NCBI GenBank assembly: GCA_964469365.1
Contig: CAYXYO010000265.1
Span: 1-38,775, forward strand
Length of the DNA stretch: 38,775 bases
Reading direction: 5' to 3'
DNA from: an uncultured Desulfobacterales bacterium
GTDB taxonomy: Bacteria > Desulfobacterota > Dissulfuribacteria > Dissulfuribacterales > QOAL01
Below the pieces are notes generated by a model that made no database searches, was not told the origin of the DNA, and saw only the letters and a list, made by a program, of their open reading frames with translations. The translations under genes and the position numbers were made by a program. Positions 1-8,889 of this stretch are shown in pieces. Numbering within the stretch: the first letter of the stretch is position 1; each line of letters opens with the position of its first letter.

Positions 1-1033
1 CACGTTCCTGGACAACATAACCTGAGTCATAATCAAGTTCATACACAATTACACCTGTGTTGGCAGCCATGAAAACCAGGACTTCAGAGTCAGCGGCGTC
101 ACTGCCCGCGCTGTCAACCGCGGCATTGGCATATACAGTCACATCCCTAGCGGTTCCGTCAAAGGTGGCGCTTCCCACGGTATTAAAGGCGTCGGCAGTG
201 GAAGTGCCGCCAATATTGGCAAGTGTGATATAACGTATCCAGAGGTTGTCCGGCCCGGCAATGAAGAGATAGTCCCGGGCCGCACTTCCATCCACATTGG
301 CATTTACGGCAGCTACTGAAATGGCTGAAAAGCCTGTGGGAAGTATATCAAAATCCGGCTCTCCATTATCCTTCACAAAGTCGCCGTTCGATTCATCATA
401 ATATATGAGAAAAACAGCCCCGCCCGTGCCATCCTGCCTCTTGGCTGCAACGGCAAGATAGGTGATGTCACTGGCTGCATCGGCTTCGTTTACAATAACA
501 AGGTCAGTTGGCTCATACTGGACACCGGGATCAGCCGGATCATATATCCTTATCCGTTGCGGAGATGCAAGCAGCCCCGCGGTGGAAAGGGTGTATGTGT
601 AGAGGTAGTCGCCTGAAAGGGCATATACCCTGTCATACTCTGTGGATGGCGAGGCGTTCATGTCATCCGCCACCACCCTGGTTACGAACAACTGTTCATC
701 TTCTCCCGTATAGTTGACAGTTGTCTCCCTGTCGAGAAGGCCGTAGGCAGGGGTGCCGCTGTCATAATCAAAGGTCGCCAGCCCTCCGGCCCCCAAGGCA
801 AAAATCAGCTCGGCTCCACCGGCGGCAGTAACGCCCGGAATGCCGTCATACACATAACTCTGAAGGTTGTCATATTCAGGATCGGTTGCTGAAGAGGTTC
901 TGTCCTTGGGTGACTCATAAAGGTCGGACAGGTTGGCCTTGGCAAATACGGTAACAGGCATTGCTGCTGCCAGAACAAGAATGGAAAGCAGCAGGCAGCA
1001 AGCGCTTTTTTTGATTGTGTATATGTTGTTCAT
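1..1033 (-). CDS. Secreted repeat-rich hypothetical protein; C-terminal part lies beyond the window edge (N-terminal 344 codons present)
   Basis: Absent from the ORF track because it runs off the window. Manual reverse-complement translation from ATG 1033 stays open to position 2: MNNIYTIKKSACCLLLSILVLAAAMPVTVFAKANLSDLYESPKDRTSSATDPEYDNLQSYVYDGIPGV... It has a Sec-type signal peptide (KK, hydrophobic core, VFA/KA). SD GGAG lies 8 nt upstream and overlaps the TAG stop of the upstream gene, so the two are probably co-transcribed. The rest is Asp/Tyr/Gly/Ala-rich and beta-strand-like, with no catalytic motif recognised. Confidence 0.7.
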   Translation of the reverse strand, partial: MNNIYTIKKSACCLLLSILVLAAAMPVTVFAKANLSDLYESPKDRTSSATDPEYDNLQSYVYDGIPGVTAAGGAELIFALGAGGLATFDYDSGTPAYGLLDRETTVNYTGEDEQLFVTRVVADDMNASPSTEYDRVYALSGDYLYTYTLSTAGLLASPQRIRIYDPADPGVQYEPTDLVIVNEADAASDITYLAVAAKRQDGTGGAVFLIYYDESNGDFVKDNGEPDFDILPTGFSAISVAAVNANVDGSAARDYLFIAGPDNLWIRYITLANIGGTSTADAFNTVGSATFDGTARDVTVYANAAVDSAGSDAADSEVLVFMAANTGVIVYELDYDSGYVVQER

Positions 1034-1044
1034 TTTTTTTCTCC

Positions 1045-1755
1045 CTATTTTACCACCACGTTTGTAGCTGAAAATTCAGTGCTTTCACCATAGGTTACCG
1101 CCAATGAAACAGGATATGAGCCGGCAGGCATCCCAATGCCGGGGAGCACAAGATATGCCACATCCATGACAGGGTCCACATACCAGGCGCTTACGGCAAT
1201 AAGGCTGCCCAGCACGTCCTGCCCCCCTGCCCGCAGACTTACATCAGTAATCCTTGAAAGATGCGGTATATATAGAAAAAGGTTGGCCACCTGCCCAGGA
1301 TTGCTCCAGATCACCGGATCTTCAGCAGATCCGTAAATGCCCGGCCGTCCGCCGTCAGCGCCATAAAGATCATCCCTGAATGTTGAGCTGTTGGCAGCGA
1401 TCATATAGGGAGCATTGCCTGTTATACGGAATGAAAAATTGATTTCAAGGCGTTTGATATTCCCTGCGGTCACCATGTAGCCAGTGGTTATCATTGCGCC
1501 TTGCACACTGGACTGCGCTATTACCCTGTCAGACGTTTCTGTCTTCACAAAGATAAGCCTGTCTGCCGGGAAGGTCATGGAAAAGCCACCTGCCTTGAGA
1601 TTGTCTTTTCCTGAAACAACCGCATTTAGATAAAGCATGTTCCCGGCGGTTCGAATATCAGTTACATCAAGTGATGTCGCAAAACATATGGCAGCCGAAA
1701 AGCTGGCCCACATTGCCACCAGAAAGCATAGATAAACAGTCTTCCTTAACTTCAT
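1045..1755 (-). CDS. Secreted hypothetical protein; tentative cohesin-like beta-sandwich plus a C-terminal Ig-like segment
   Basis: 236-aa ORF with signal peptide MKLRKTVYLCFLVAMWASFSAAICFA. SD AAGGAG lies 7 nt upstream of ATG 1755. The segment GGFSMTFPADRLIFVKTE resembles the cohesin-type pattern also seen near the N-terminus of the adjacent giant ORF (SGAVDFLYDSRYVSPV). The C-terminal ...GMPAGSYPVSLAVTYGE... resembles FlgD-Ig/Ig-like tails. Domain calls are by eye only. Confidence 0.7.
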   Translation of the reverse strand: MKLRKTVYLCFLVAMWASFSAAICFATSLDVTDIRTAGNMLYLNAVVSGKDNLKAGGFSMTFPADRLIFVKTETSDRVIAQSSVQGAMITTGYMVTAGNIKRLEINFSFRITGNAPYMIAANSSTFRDDLYGADGGRPGIYGSAEDPVIWSNPGQVANLFLYIPHLSRITDVSLRAGGQDVLGSLIAVSAWYVDPVMDVAYLVLPGIGMPAGSYPVSLAVTYGESTEFSATNVVVK

Positions 1756-1863
1756 AACGTTACTCCTTTAATGTTGAGTTGAGATTGTCTGTGGAAAGTT
1801 TACAGATTAACTAAACTGTATCCCTTTCCACTATCTTACAAGCTTGACATATAATTTTTAACT

Positions 1864-1891
1864 TTATCGACCTTCCCGGTCAAAAACTTTA
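1864..1891 (-). promoter_or_regulatory. Sigma-28 (FliA)-type promoter upstream of the 236-aa secreted protein gene
   Basis: The minus strand reads TAAAGTTT-ttgaccgggaag-GTCGATAA, against the enteric sigma-28 consensus TAAAGTTT-N11-GCCGATAA. The -35 matches 8/8 and the -10 matches 7/8. The spacer is 12 nt, one longer than consensus. The site is about 100 nt upstream of ATG 1755. Confidence 0.55.
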
Positions 1892-1938
1892 AAATTGGCC
1901 ATGTTGTCCGGCGTTAAAATATTTAAGGTTGACAACGG

Positions 1939-4900
1939 TCAGCGCCATCCGATCCGGAAGGGTGCATCAGACCTCGCATAGGCGTTATCAGGATCATTGC
2001 TGCCGTTTCCCGGCGCGTTAAAAAAGAGGGATATCATGCCAGCGCCCCCGTAACTGCCTTCAGGAAGGCGTAATAGTCTGTTTGTCATGCCTTTTACAGG
2101 TCTGGCAGGCCATGACCTTAAAAGGGGTGCCAGCTCTTCATCACTTTCATGACAGTATGCGATTTCATAGGTTCCATCCTCCATGACCGTGGCCGGGCAG
2201 TAAAATTTTTTTTCGCTCCCATCTGGCTGATATGTAACAACGAGGTATCCGTCAGTTACCGTATTTTGCCATACGTCCACATCAATATTTACAAAGATTT
2301 CCTGTCCGGGCATGAAGTTTGCGGCACGGCTTCCGTCTGAACGTTGCAGGTCAAGCGACACGGTAAGGCGTCTGCTGTTGCTGACCGCCTGCTGAAACAG
2401 TGAAAATGATGAGAAATCAAACCTGGATGTCCCGCCGGAATCCACAAGGGAGAAGTTGTAAACACCGGCTGGCAGGTCTGCGCGCCAGTAAAGATGACGG
2501 CCATTTTCATCGGAAACGGCCTCCAGCTTCCATGTGCGTCCCGGCGATGTCCAGGCGTACCATGTGCCTGTGCCATCAGGCGTCAGGGCGGCCAGATCCA
2601 GGTCAATATGAATTGACGCGTCGGTATCATCAGGCATGGGGATGGTATAGATGCCGCTGTCTGTCATGGCGAGCATGCATGTCTCATACTGGTCATCCAT
2701 CCTCCGTTTCGCAAATACAATGTCTTCAGGTGGTGACGGCAGGGGATAAAAACCTGTCTGAAGCATGGAGTTGTCTGTAAGTTCCATCACCGATACTCCC
2801 TGTTGCGTCATGACAAAGGCAAATGTGCGGCTGCCTGTCATTGCTATTTTGGGCGTTTTTCCCGAGGCGACTCCATGTTGTGTCTGTCCGCTTACCCACA
2901 CAGACGGGGTGGTGAGGCTGCCGCCGGCTGAACCTCCCGCGCTGCCGGCAGCCCGGTCTCCCTGCAACATGAAAAAGGTTTCGCTTCCAGTGATTTTTGC
3001 CGAATGAAACAGGCCCGCTTCATCTTCCATAAATATGTATTTCCAGTCTGCCGCGCCGCTGCGTGGTATGAAGCCGGTCCTGCTTTTTCCTGTGATTACC
3101 GGCATGTCAGGTGTTGAAGCGTCAATGGACGCCACTTCTCCCTGTTCCGTAAAGGCGAGTATCCCCTTGCCGGAGCCAAGAACCCTGATTGCGGGAAGGT
3201 CAACAGAGGCCTTCAGGGCCGGTGCTGTCATGCCTCTGTCATCCACCAGTGAGTAAAAGAGCAGGCCGGTGGAAGTGGCTGCAACAAGGCGGTTGTGATG
3301 CATCAAAACATCATGCAGGTCTCCGGCAACGGTTATTGTCCCGGCCTCCAGCACTGCGTCACCTGCAAAAGGTTCATATCTGTACAGGGTAATAACAGAA
3401 CGCGATGTTTTGACGGCAATCAGATATGAGGCTGACGACATGGCGCTGCTGCCTTCTTCAAGGGGCATGGAGACCGCTGCCATCATTTCGGAAGATATGT
3501 CGGGCAGGGAGACATAACCCCGCCTTGTCACTGTCATAAGAACCGGATCATAGGAGAAAACCGTAAGTCCGGCGCCGTGTTTCACAATGCCGCGTCCCTC
3601 TTCTGGGAACCAGAATGTCCTGCCTGCGGGTACATTGTCCGGGTTTCCTGCCCTGACAACGGATTTTTCAGGCGTCATTGCGTACAGGGCGTATCTTGTT
3701 TCGCCATTTGTTATGTGCAAAGGCCCCTCGTTTCTTTCCATATAGTTTGTCATGTCAAGGGCCAGGTTCACCGGTCCCGCGGCGTCAAGACCATTAACTG
3801 TCAGCCTGCCGTATGAATCGGTATAAAGGGTTGCCGGCAGGGATGTGGCTGACTTGCTAAGGGGCGTTACCCTTACGGAAACACCCGCAAGGGGTTTGAA
3901 GGTGTCCCCGTTTACCACAAGGGCAAGGAGTTTGCCTGCCCTGAGGGCGTCTTCCGCCTCTCCCCTTACATAATTTCCGGATTCAGGCAGGGTAACCTTC
4001 CAGGCAAAATCGCTTTCCTGCCATACAGTGATTGAAGATATCAGCATATACAGATGGTTATCGCCAGAAATATGCAGGGAATATGCGCCTGGAGTCATGT
4101 CAGTAACAGAAGCCCTGCCGTCCGAACCGGTGTACATGGTGCGTATGTTATGACCGTCCTGATTGCGGACCGTTACCTTGACCCGGTACAGGGGAGTGTT
4201 GTTGACGTCAACCACCTGCAGCAGCACGCGCCCCCTGCCTGAGCTGTTTCCACCCCCCTCCTGCACGGAAGATACCTTGCTTGCCCCTGGAGAGACAAAC
4301 ATGGAAACAGCGCTTTTGACACCGCCCCTGAGATCAAATGAAGCCTCCTGCATCTCTGTCCAGTTTCCCGAAGGGGCCTTCCACCAGGCGGTAACTGTTA
4401 CGGAAGATGCCGGTTCAATCTCCAGTATATCCCATTTACCATTGCTGTCTGTCGCTCCGGAGGCAAGAATCCTGCCCGTCTTGTCATAAATGGCAACCTG
4501 GAGATCCGGAACAACCTGTCCGGTGGAGGCGTTTACAACCGACAAGGCAAAGGCGGCCTTGAGGTCAGGCTGTGGAACCGTTCCGCCTGAACATGCCTCG
4601 CTGACAGGCCGGAAGATTACCGGCACCACATGGAGGCCGACATCAAAAATATAGGTTGTTCCGATTCCCAAAAGCGTGTCAAATTCAACCCCCTGCCTGC
4701 CGTCGGCAAGGACGGTCACATGGTAAATGCCGGGAAAATCATGCGTAAATTCCGCTACTCCATATTCATCTGTCTGCAGGTTGAACACCCTGTTGTCACC
4801 AGTGGAAAGTATCTTCACCCTGGCGTCATTAACCGGGTGACCGCTGTTGTCCATGACAATGAAACGGCCCTGGGTCAAAAGCGGATGGGAGCCGGGCGAG

Positions 4901-7293
4901 GTCTTCAGGGAAAGGGAGGTGCTGTCAGGCACAAAATAGAACGTATATTTCGTAAGATATCCTTCCCTGGCGGCCACTGGTGAAAAGATATTCACTTCGT
5001 CCCATGCGACAGTGGCATTGTCTGACTCCACACTTCTTGAAACATGCACATCAAAGGGCGACTCTGACAGATCCACGTTTTTGAACATTATTTTGCCGCT
5101 GTTGTCCAGAATGCCTGAGTAGAGGGTGTTACCGCTGGCCTTGCCCACAAATTTCACGGCAAGTCCGGGAATGGCCATGGCAGTGGAGGGGTTTTTAACC
5201 GTAATTTCAATGGCGGGGCAGGTGGAGTTGTTGTCTCCGCCGTCATCTCCCCCTCCGATGTCATGATACTCTGTTATGGCTGAAAGGGTCTTCCCCATCT
5301 TTACGTATCGCGTAAGCCTTGCCCCGGCAGTCAGCACAGCCTCTATTTTCACACCCTGATATCCTGAGCGGCTGAGCACAGCTTCCACATCTCCGGGCAG
5401 CAGTTCTTCAGCCACTGCCTTGCCGTTTCCGTCTGTGAGCAGAGGCCCTCTGGTCAATCCTGACTGTTTCAGGATGACAGAGACGCCCGCAAGGGGTTTG
5501 TCAGACAGGTCGGTAACATGAAATTCCATGGAAGGACGTGCTGAAGGATCAACAGAACCGCTGTCAGAGAGCTGTTCCAGGGAGGCGTAAAGCCCCGCAA
5601 ACGGGAGACGAAGGGGTACTACCCTGCCATCCGCCACGTCGGAACCAGGCACGTCCAGCTCCTGACCGGCATACCATGTCGTGTTGTCCGGGCCGGATTT
5701 TTCAGGGGTATTTACAATAAGATTACAGGATGAATCCGGAGACACAGGGGAAAATTCCGCATTGCCTGAGCTGTCAGTAACCCGTTTTATCACATTGAAA
5801 GCATCCTGAAGCGTGGCTGAAAGACCGGGCACCGCCTTGTAGGAATCCAGCGGGTCAAGGGCTTCAAGCCTGATGGCAGTGGCTGAAGTGGGATTTACAA
5901 CGATTGTAAGCTCTTCATTCGTGGAAGAAAATTTTACAGGTCCCTCGAGTTCTGAAAAAAGTTCTCCGTTCCCGGCATGCCAGTAGAGGTCAACGCCGCG
6001 CCTTACCCTGTCAACATAACAGCAACCGTCTTCCCCGGTAACACATTCATAGGAGCCCCGGATCTCGCGCACATCTGCGCCCGGAACCTCGTCTCCGGCG
6101 GCAGAGCCCCTGTGAACGCATATCTTTACTGAAGAGTATTCATAAACCTGGTCAGATGGGGGAATCAGGGAGAGGATTGGCAGGGTGACGGCAACGGTTT
6201 CATCCTTGGGAACCTGAACAGTAACGGAGTATCCGTCATAAAATTCCTTCCTGGCCTCTACCCTGTAAGTCCCTTCCTCAAGGCCGTCAAATACGCAAAG
6301 ACCATCCGCGCCGGTAAAGCATGATGTGATGATGCGATCTCCTGACCAGAGTATTACCCGTGCGCCGGATACCGGTTCAGACGAGGTTGATTCCACAACC
6401 CTTGCGTCTATCTCCCCAAAGACAGTAACAATCACATCTTCCCTGACACCAAAGACCGTCCATTTGCCTGACGCGTTTCCTGCCGAGTCAAGCACAAAGC
6501 CCCAGAGCGCATGGATGCCCGGCTCAAATTCAACTGTCTCCTCAATGCCCGTGGCGATCAGCGGATCGGATAACGGTTCGGATATGGCAAAGGGGTCCGC
6601 CCAGTAAACTTCCCCTGTGTTATTGCCTGAAAGCTCTATGGAGGCCTTCAGAAGTATGGAGGTTTCTTCATACCTCTTTTCATTTTCAGGTGACTCGATG
6701 GTGATGCCAGGCAATATGCCGCCCCTGTCAAACAGTATAATGCCGCCGCCTTGACGGTAGAGGGCAAGATCTGCCATGGATGGAGTGTTTTTTATGACCT
6801 GTAACAGGGTTAGGCCGTAAGCTGGCAAACTGTCCAGTTGAAAATGGAAGATTGCAAGCTCTTCCACCCCAACTGATGATACAGGTGTCTGAAAGGCAAA
6901 AGAAAAACGTATTGTCCTCAGATATGGCCTGGTCTCATCAAAAAGTTCATCCAGGCGGGCGGCTGCAAAAAAGAATGGATTGCCGCGGCTGGCCAGGGCT
7001 CCCCTGTCAACCTTTATCAGGTTGCCGTTAATGAAGACAGGAGAGACATAACGGCTGTCATAGAGAAAATCCACTGCCCCTGACTGAAGCCGTTCCCCTT
7101 TAAGAAGCATGGGAACGGCGGTTTCGCCGCCTGCCTGGCCTGAAACAGGGGCCATGAAAAAAAGGTCTGTTCTTGCTTCGGCTGCGACCGCGAAACAGGT
7201 GAATAATGCCATGAAAAAAAAGAAGAGGGCAGGCAGGCAGGGCCTGCCCCTGCTTTTTTTTGATATTCCTGTGAAAAGGGCTGAGGTCTTCAT
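1939..7293 (-). CDS. Giant secreted/surface protein (1,784 aa): cohesin-like N-terminal domain, multiple carboxypeptidase-regulatory-like (prealbumin-fold) repeats, beta-propeller-like C-terminal half
   Basis: Uninterrupted 5,355-nt ORF. Signal peptide: KKSRGRP + LPALFFFFMALFTCFAVAAEA/RT. Repeated modules of the type P(L/V)xGxxVxL...TDxxGxxxFxxLxPGxYxV occur, e.g. VSGARVILWSGDRIITSCFTGADGLCVFDGLEEGTYRVEARKEFY; KPLAGVSVILKQSGLTRGPLLTDGNGKAV; PVNDARVKILSTGDNRVFNLQTDEYGVAEFTHDFPGIYHVTV; YRVKVTVRNQDGHNIRTMYTGSDGRASVTDMTPGAYSLHI; KPLAGVSVRVTPLSKS...TDSYGRLTV. The start lies 17 nt downstream of the flgE stop on the same strand. Confidence 0.85.
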   Translation of the reverse strand: MKTSALFTGISKKSRGRPCLPALFFFFMALFTCFAVAAEARTDLFFMAPVSGQAGGETAVPMLLKGERLQSGAVDFLYDSRYVSPVFINGNLIKVDRGALASRGNPFFFAAARLDELFDETRPYLRTIRFSFAFQTPVSSVGVEELAIFHFQLDSLPAYGLTLLQVIKNTPSMADLALYRQGGGIILFDRGGILPGITIESPENEKRYEETSILLKASIELSGNNTGEVYWADPFAISEPLSDPLIATGIEETVEFEPGIHALWGFVLDSAGNASGKWTVFGVREDVIVTVFGEIDARVVESTSSEPVSGARVILWSGDRIITSCFTGADGLCVFDGLEEGTYRVEARKEFYDGYSVTVQVPKDETVAVTLPILSLIPPSDQVYEYSSVKICVHRGSAAGDEVPGADVREIRGSYECVTGEDGCCYVDRVRRGVDLYWHAGNGELFSELEGPVKFSSTNEELTIVVNPTSATAIRLEALDPLDSYKAVPGLSATLQDAFNVIKRVTDSSGNAEFSPVSPDSSCNLIVNTPEKSGPDNTTWYAGQELDVPGSDVADGRVVPLRLPFAGLYASLEQLSDSGSVDPSARPSMEFHVTDLSDKPLAGVSVILKQSGLTRGPLLTDGNGKAVAEELLPGDVEAVLSRSGYQGVKIEAVLTAGARLTRYVKMGKTLSAITEYHDIGGGDDGGDNNSTCPAIEITVKNPSTAMAIPGLAVKFVGKASGNTLYSGILDNSGKIMFKNVDLSESPFDVHVSRSVESDNATVAWDEVNIFSPVAAREGYLTKYTFYFVPDSTSLSLKTSPGSHPLLTQGRFIVMDNSGHPVNDARVKILSTGDNRVFNLQTDEYGVAEFTHDFPGIYHVTVLADGRQGVEFDTLLGIGTTYIFDVGLHVVPVIFRPVSEACSGGTVPQPDLKAAFALSVVNASTGQVVPDLQVAIYDKTGRILASGATDSNGKWDILEIEPASSVTVTAWWKAPSGNWTEMQEASFDLRGGVKSAVSMFVSPGASKVSSVQEGGGNSSGRGRVLLQVVDVNNTPLYRVKVTVRNQDGHNIRTMYTGSDGRASVTDMTPGAYSLHISGDNHLYMLISSITVWQESDFAWKVTLPESGNYVRGEAEDALRAGKLLALVVNGDTFKPLAGVSVRVTPLSKSATSLPATLYTDSYGRLTVNGLDAAGPVNLALDMTNYMERNEGPLHITNGETRYALYAMTPEKSVVRAGNPDNVPAGRTFWFPEEGRGIVKHGAGLTVFSYDPVLMTVTRRGYVSLPDISSEMMAAVSMPLEEGSSAMSSASYLIAVKTSRSVITLYRYEPFAGDAVLEAGTITVAGDLHDVLMHHNRLVAATSTGLLFYSLVDDRGMTAPALKASVDLPAIRVLGSGKGILAFTEQGEVASIDASTPDMPVITGKSRTGFIPRSGAADWKYIFMEDEAGLFHSAKITGSETFFMLQGDRAAGSAGGSAGGSLTTPSVWVSGQTQHGVASGKTPKIAMTGSRTFAFVMTQQGVSVMELTDNSMLQTGFYPLPSPPEDIVFAKRRMDDQYETCMLAMTDSGIYTIPMPDDTDASIHIDLDLAALTPDGTGTWYAWTSPGRTWKLEAVSDENGRHLYWRADLPAGVYNFSLVDSGGTSRFDFSSFSLFQQAVSNSRRLTVSLDLQRSDGSRAANFMPGQEIFVNIDVDVWQNTVTDGYLVVTYQPDGSEKKFYCPATVMEDGTYEIAYCHESDEELAPLLRSWPARPVKGMTNRLLRLPEGSYGGAGMISLFFNAPGNGSNDPDNAYARSDAPFRIGWR

Positions 7294-7310
7294 GGCATTA
7301 TCCGTTATTC

Positions 7311-8810
7311 TTATCTCTTCATCTGAAGCAGTTCGTTCATCATGTCATCAGTGGTTGTAATTACCCTGGAATTTGCCTGGAAGGCCCGCTGGGTGGTTAT
7401 GAGTTTTACAAACTCTGTTCCCATGTCCACTGTTGACTGCTCAAGTGCGTTTGATGCTATGGAGCCAAGGCCGTTGCTCCTTGGAGGCCCGGTGATGGGC
7501 GCTCCTGAGGCGGTGGTCTCCTTGAAAAGGGTGCCGCCCGCCTTTGAAAGGTCTGTGGCGCTGTTGAACCGGGCAAGGGATACCTGGGCAAGGGAGATAA
7601 TACGTCCGTTGGAATAGCTCCCGGACATTATGCCTTCGGAATCCACGTTAATGCTTTCAAGGAAACCGGCTCCAAAACCGTTCTGGTCATAGAAGAGGGT
7701 GCTTGAACGGTTGGCGTACTGGGTGGTGCTTATGGCCTCGGTGTTCCATCCTGTTACAGTGGGAGGGGTGGTGGTGCGGTCAACCGTGGCATTTGAACCA
7801 AGGTTGAATTCAATAATCTGTGCCGACTGGTCCTGGCCGGTTGTTGTGTCGATTGTTCCGGTTGGCGGCATGAAAAAGGCCACAAGCTGCGGGTAGTTGT
7901 GATCTCCGTATGTGGCGCTTTCCCATACGCCGCCGTTGAATCTCTCAATGGGGGATGTGGGATCTCCCGCAGTTCCGTATATGGAGTCTATCTGTCCCTG
8001 TGGAGTGAAACGTATATATCCGCGCATGAGCATGCCGGCGCTGTCAGTGCCTGCCGCGGCGCTCATGTCCTCCGAAGGATCAACGGCAACAAGGAATTCC
8101 CACTCACGTTCATTGGTGGTGCGGTCAAAGTAGATGCTAAGTTCATGTGTGTTGCCAAGGCTGTCATATACAGACAGGGTTGACTTGTATTCATAATGGA
8201 CATTTGGTGTAAGGGTGCCTGCCGCCTTGCCTGATGATGATGTCCAGTCATCCCACAATGTGGATGAGCTTACAGGGCCGGTCAGACGGCTGTCCAGGTT
8301 GACCGCGACTGTAGTCTGGTCAGTGGCCACAGGAGGGGAGGAGTTTGAGAGCTGTACGTCCCCAATGGCTCCAACTATTTCAGCAGAGCCGTCAGGCTGG
8401 GTCTCCATGGCCCATCCCTGGACCCTGAGACCCGAGGGATTTACAAGATATCCGTACTGGTCTATGTGGAACTGGCCTGACCTTGTAAAATACTGGCTGT
8501 TTTCTATGTTGGGGTCTGTGACAATAAAGAAACCGTTGCCTGCTATGGCAAGGTCTGTGGGAGATGTGGTACTCTCAAAAGAACCCTGGGTAAAAAGCGG
8601 CGCCACATCTGACATGGCTGAGCCTCGTCCTATCTGGGAACCTGTCCTGGCAGTGTTGACAGACTGGGACATGATATCCTGAAAGGTCGCCCTTGCCCCC
8701 TTGAATCCATTGGTATTGGTATTGGATATGTTGTCGCCTATTACCTGCATGGCGATTCCCTGGTTCACCAGTCCGCTTACTCCTGAGTAAAGTGCGCTTG
8801 AAAGTCCCAT
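7311..8810 (-). CDS. flgE: Flagellar hook protein FlgE
   Basis: The N-terminus MGLSSALYSGVSGLVNQGIAMQVIGDNISNTNTNGFKG and C-terminus ALEQSTVDMGTEFVKLITTQRAFQANSRVITTTDDMMNELLQM are the conserved flagellar axial-protein terminal segments typical of FlgE. 499 aa. SD AAGGAG lies upstream. Confidence 0.95.
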   Translation of the reverse strand: MGLSSALYSGVSGLVNQGIAMQVIGDNISNTNTNGFKGARATFQDIMSQSVNTARTGSQIGRGSAMSDVAPLFTQGSFESTTSPTDLAIAGNGFFIVTDPNIENSQYFTRSGQFHIDQYGYLVNPSGLRVQGWAMETQPDGSAEIVGAIGDVQLSNSSPPVATDQTTVAVNLDSRLTGPVSSSTLWDDWTSSSGKAAGTLTPNVHYEYKSTLSVYDSLGNTHELSIYFDRTTNEREWEFLVAVDPSEDMSAAAGTDSAGMLMRGYIRFTPQGQIDSIYGTAGDPTSPIERFNGGVWESATYGDHNYPQLVAFFMPPTGTIDTTTGQDQSAQIIEFNLGSNATVDRTTTPPTVTGWNTEAISTTQYANRSSTLFYDQNGFGAGFLESINVDSEGIMSGSYSNGRIISLAQVSLARFNSATDLSKAGGTLFKETTASGAPITGPPRSNGLGSIASNALEQSTVDMGTEFVKLITTQRAFQANSRVITTTDDMMNELLQMKR

Positions 8811-8889
8811 ATTTTTCTCCTTTTCCAGAGTGTAGTGTTTGTTTTATTTGTTTAAAGAGTTGTTGCCCTGACAGAGTCAAACCTGTCAT

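Noticed and set aside
8215-8682. 155-aa plus-strand ORF
   Set aside because: It is antisense to flgE and looks like a shadow ORF.
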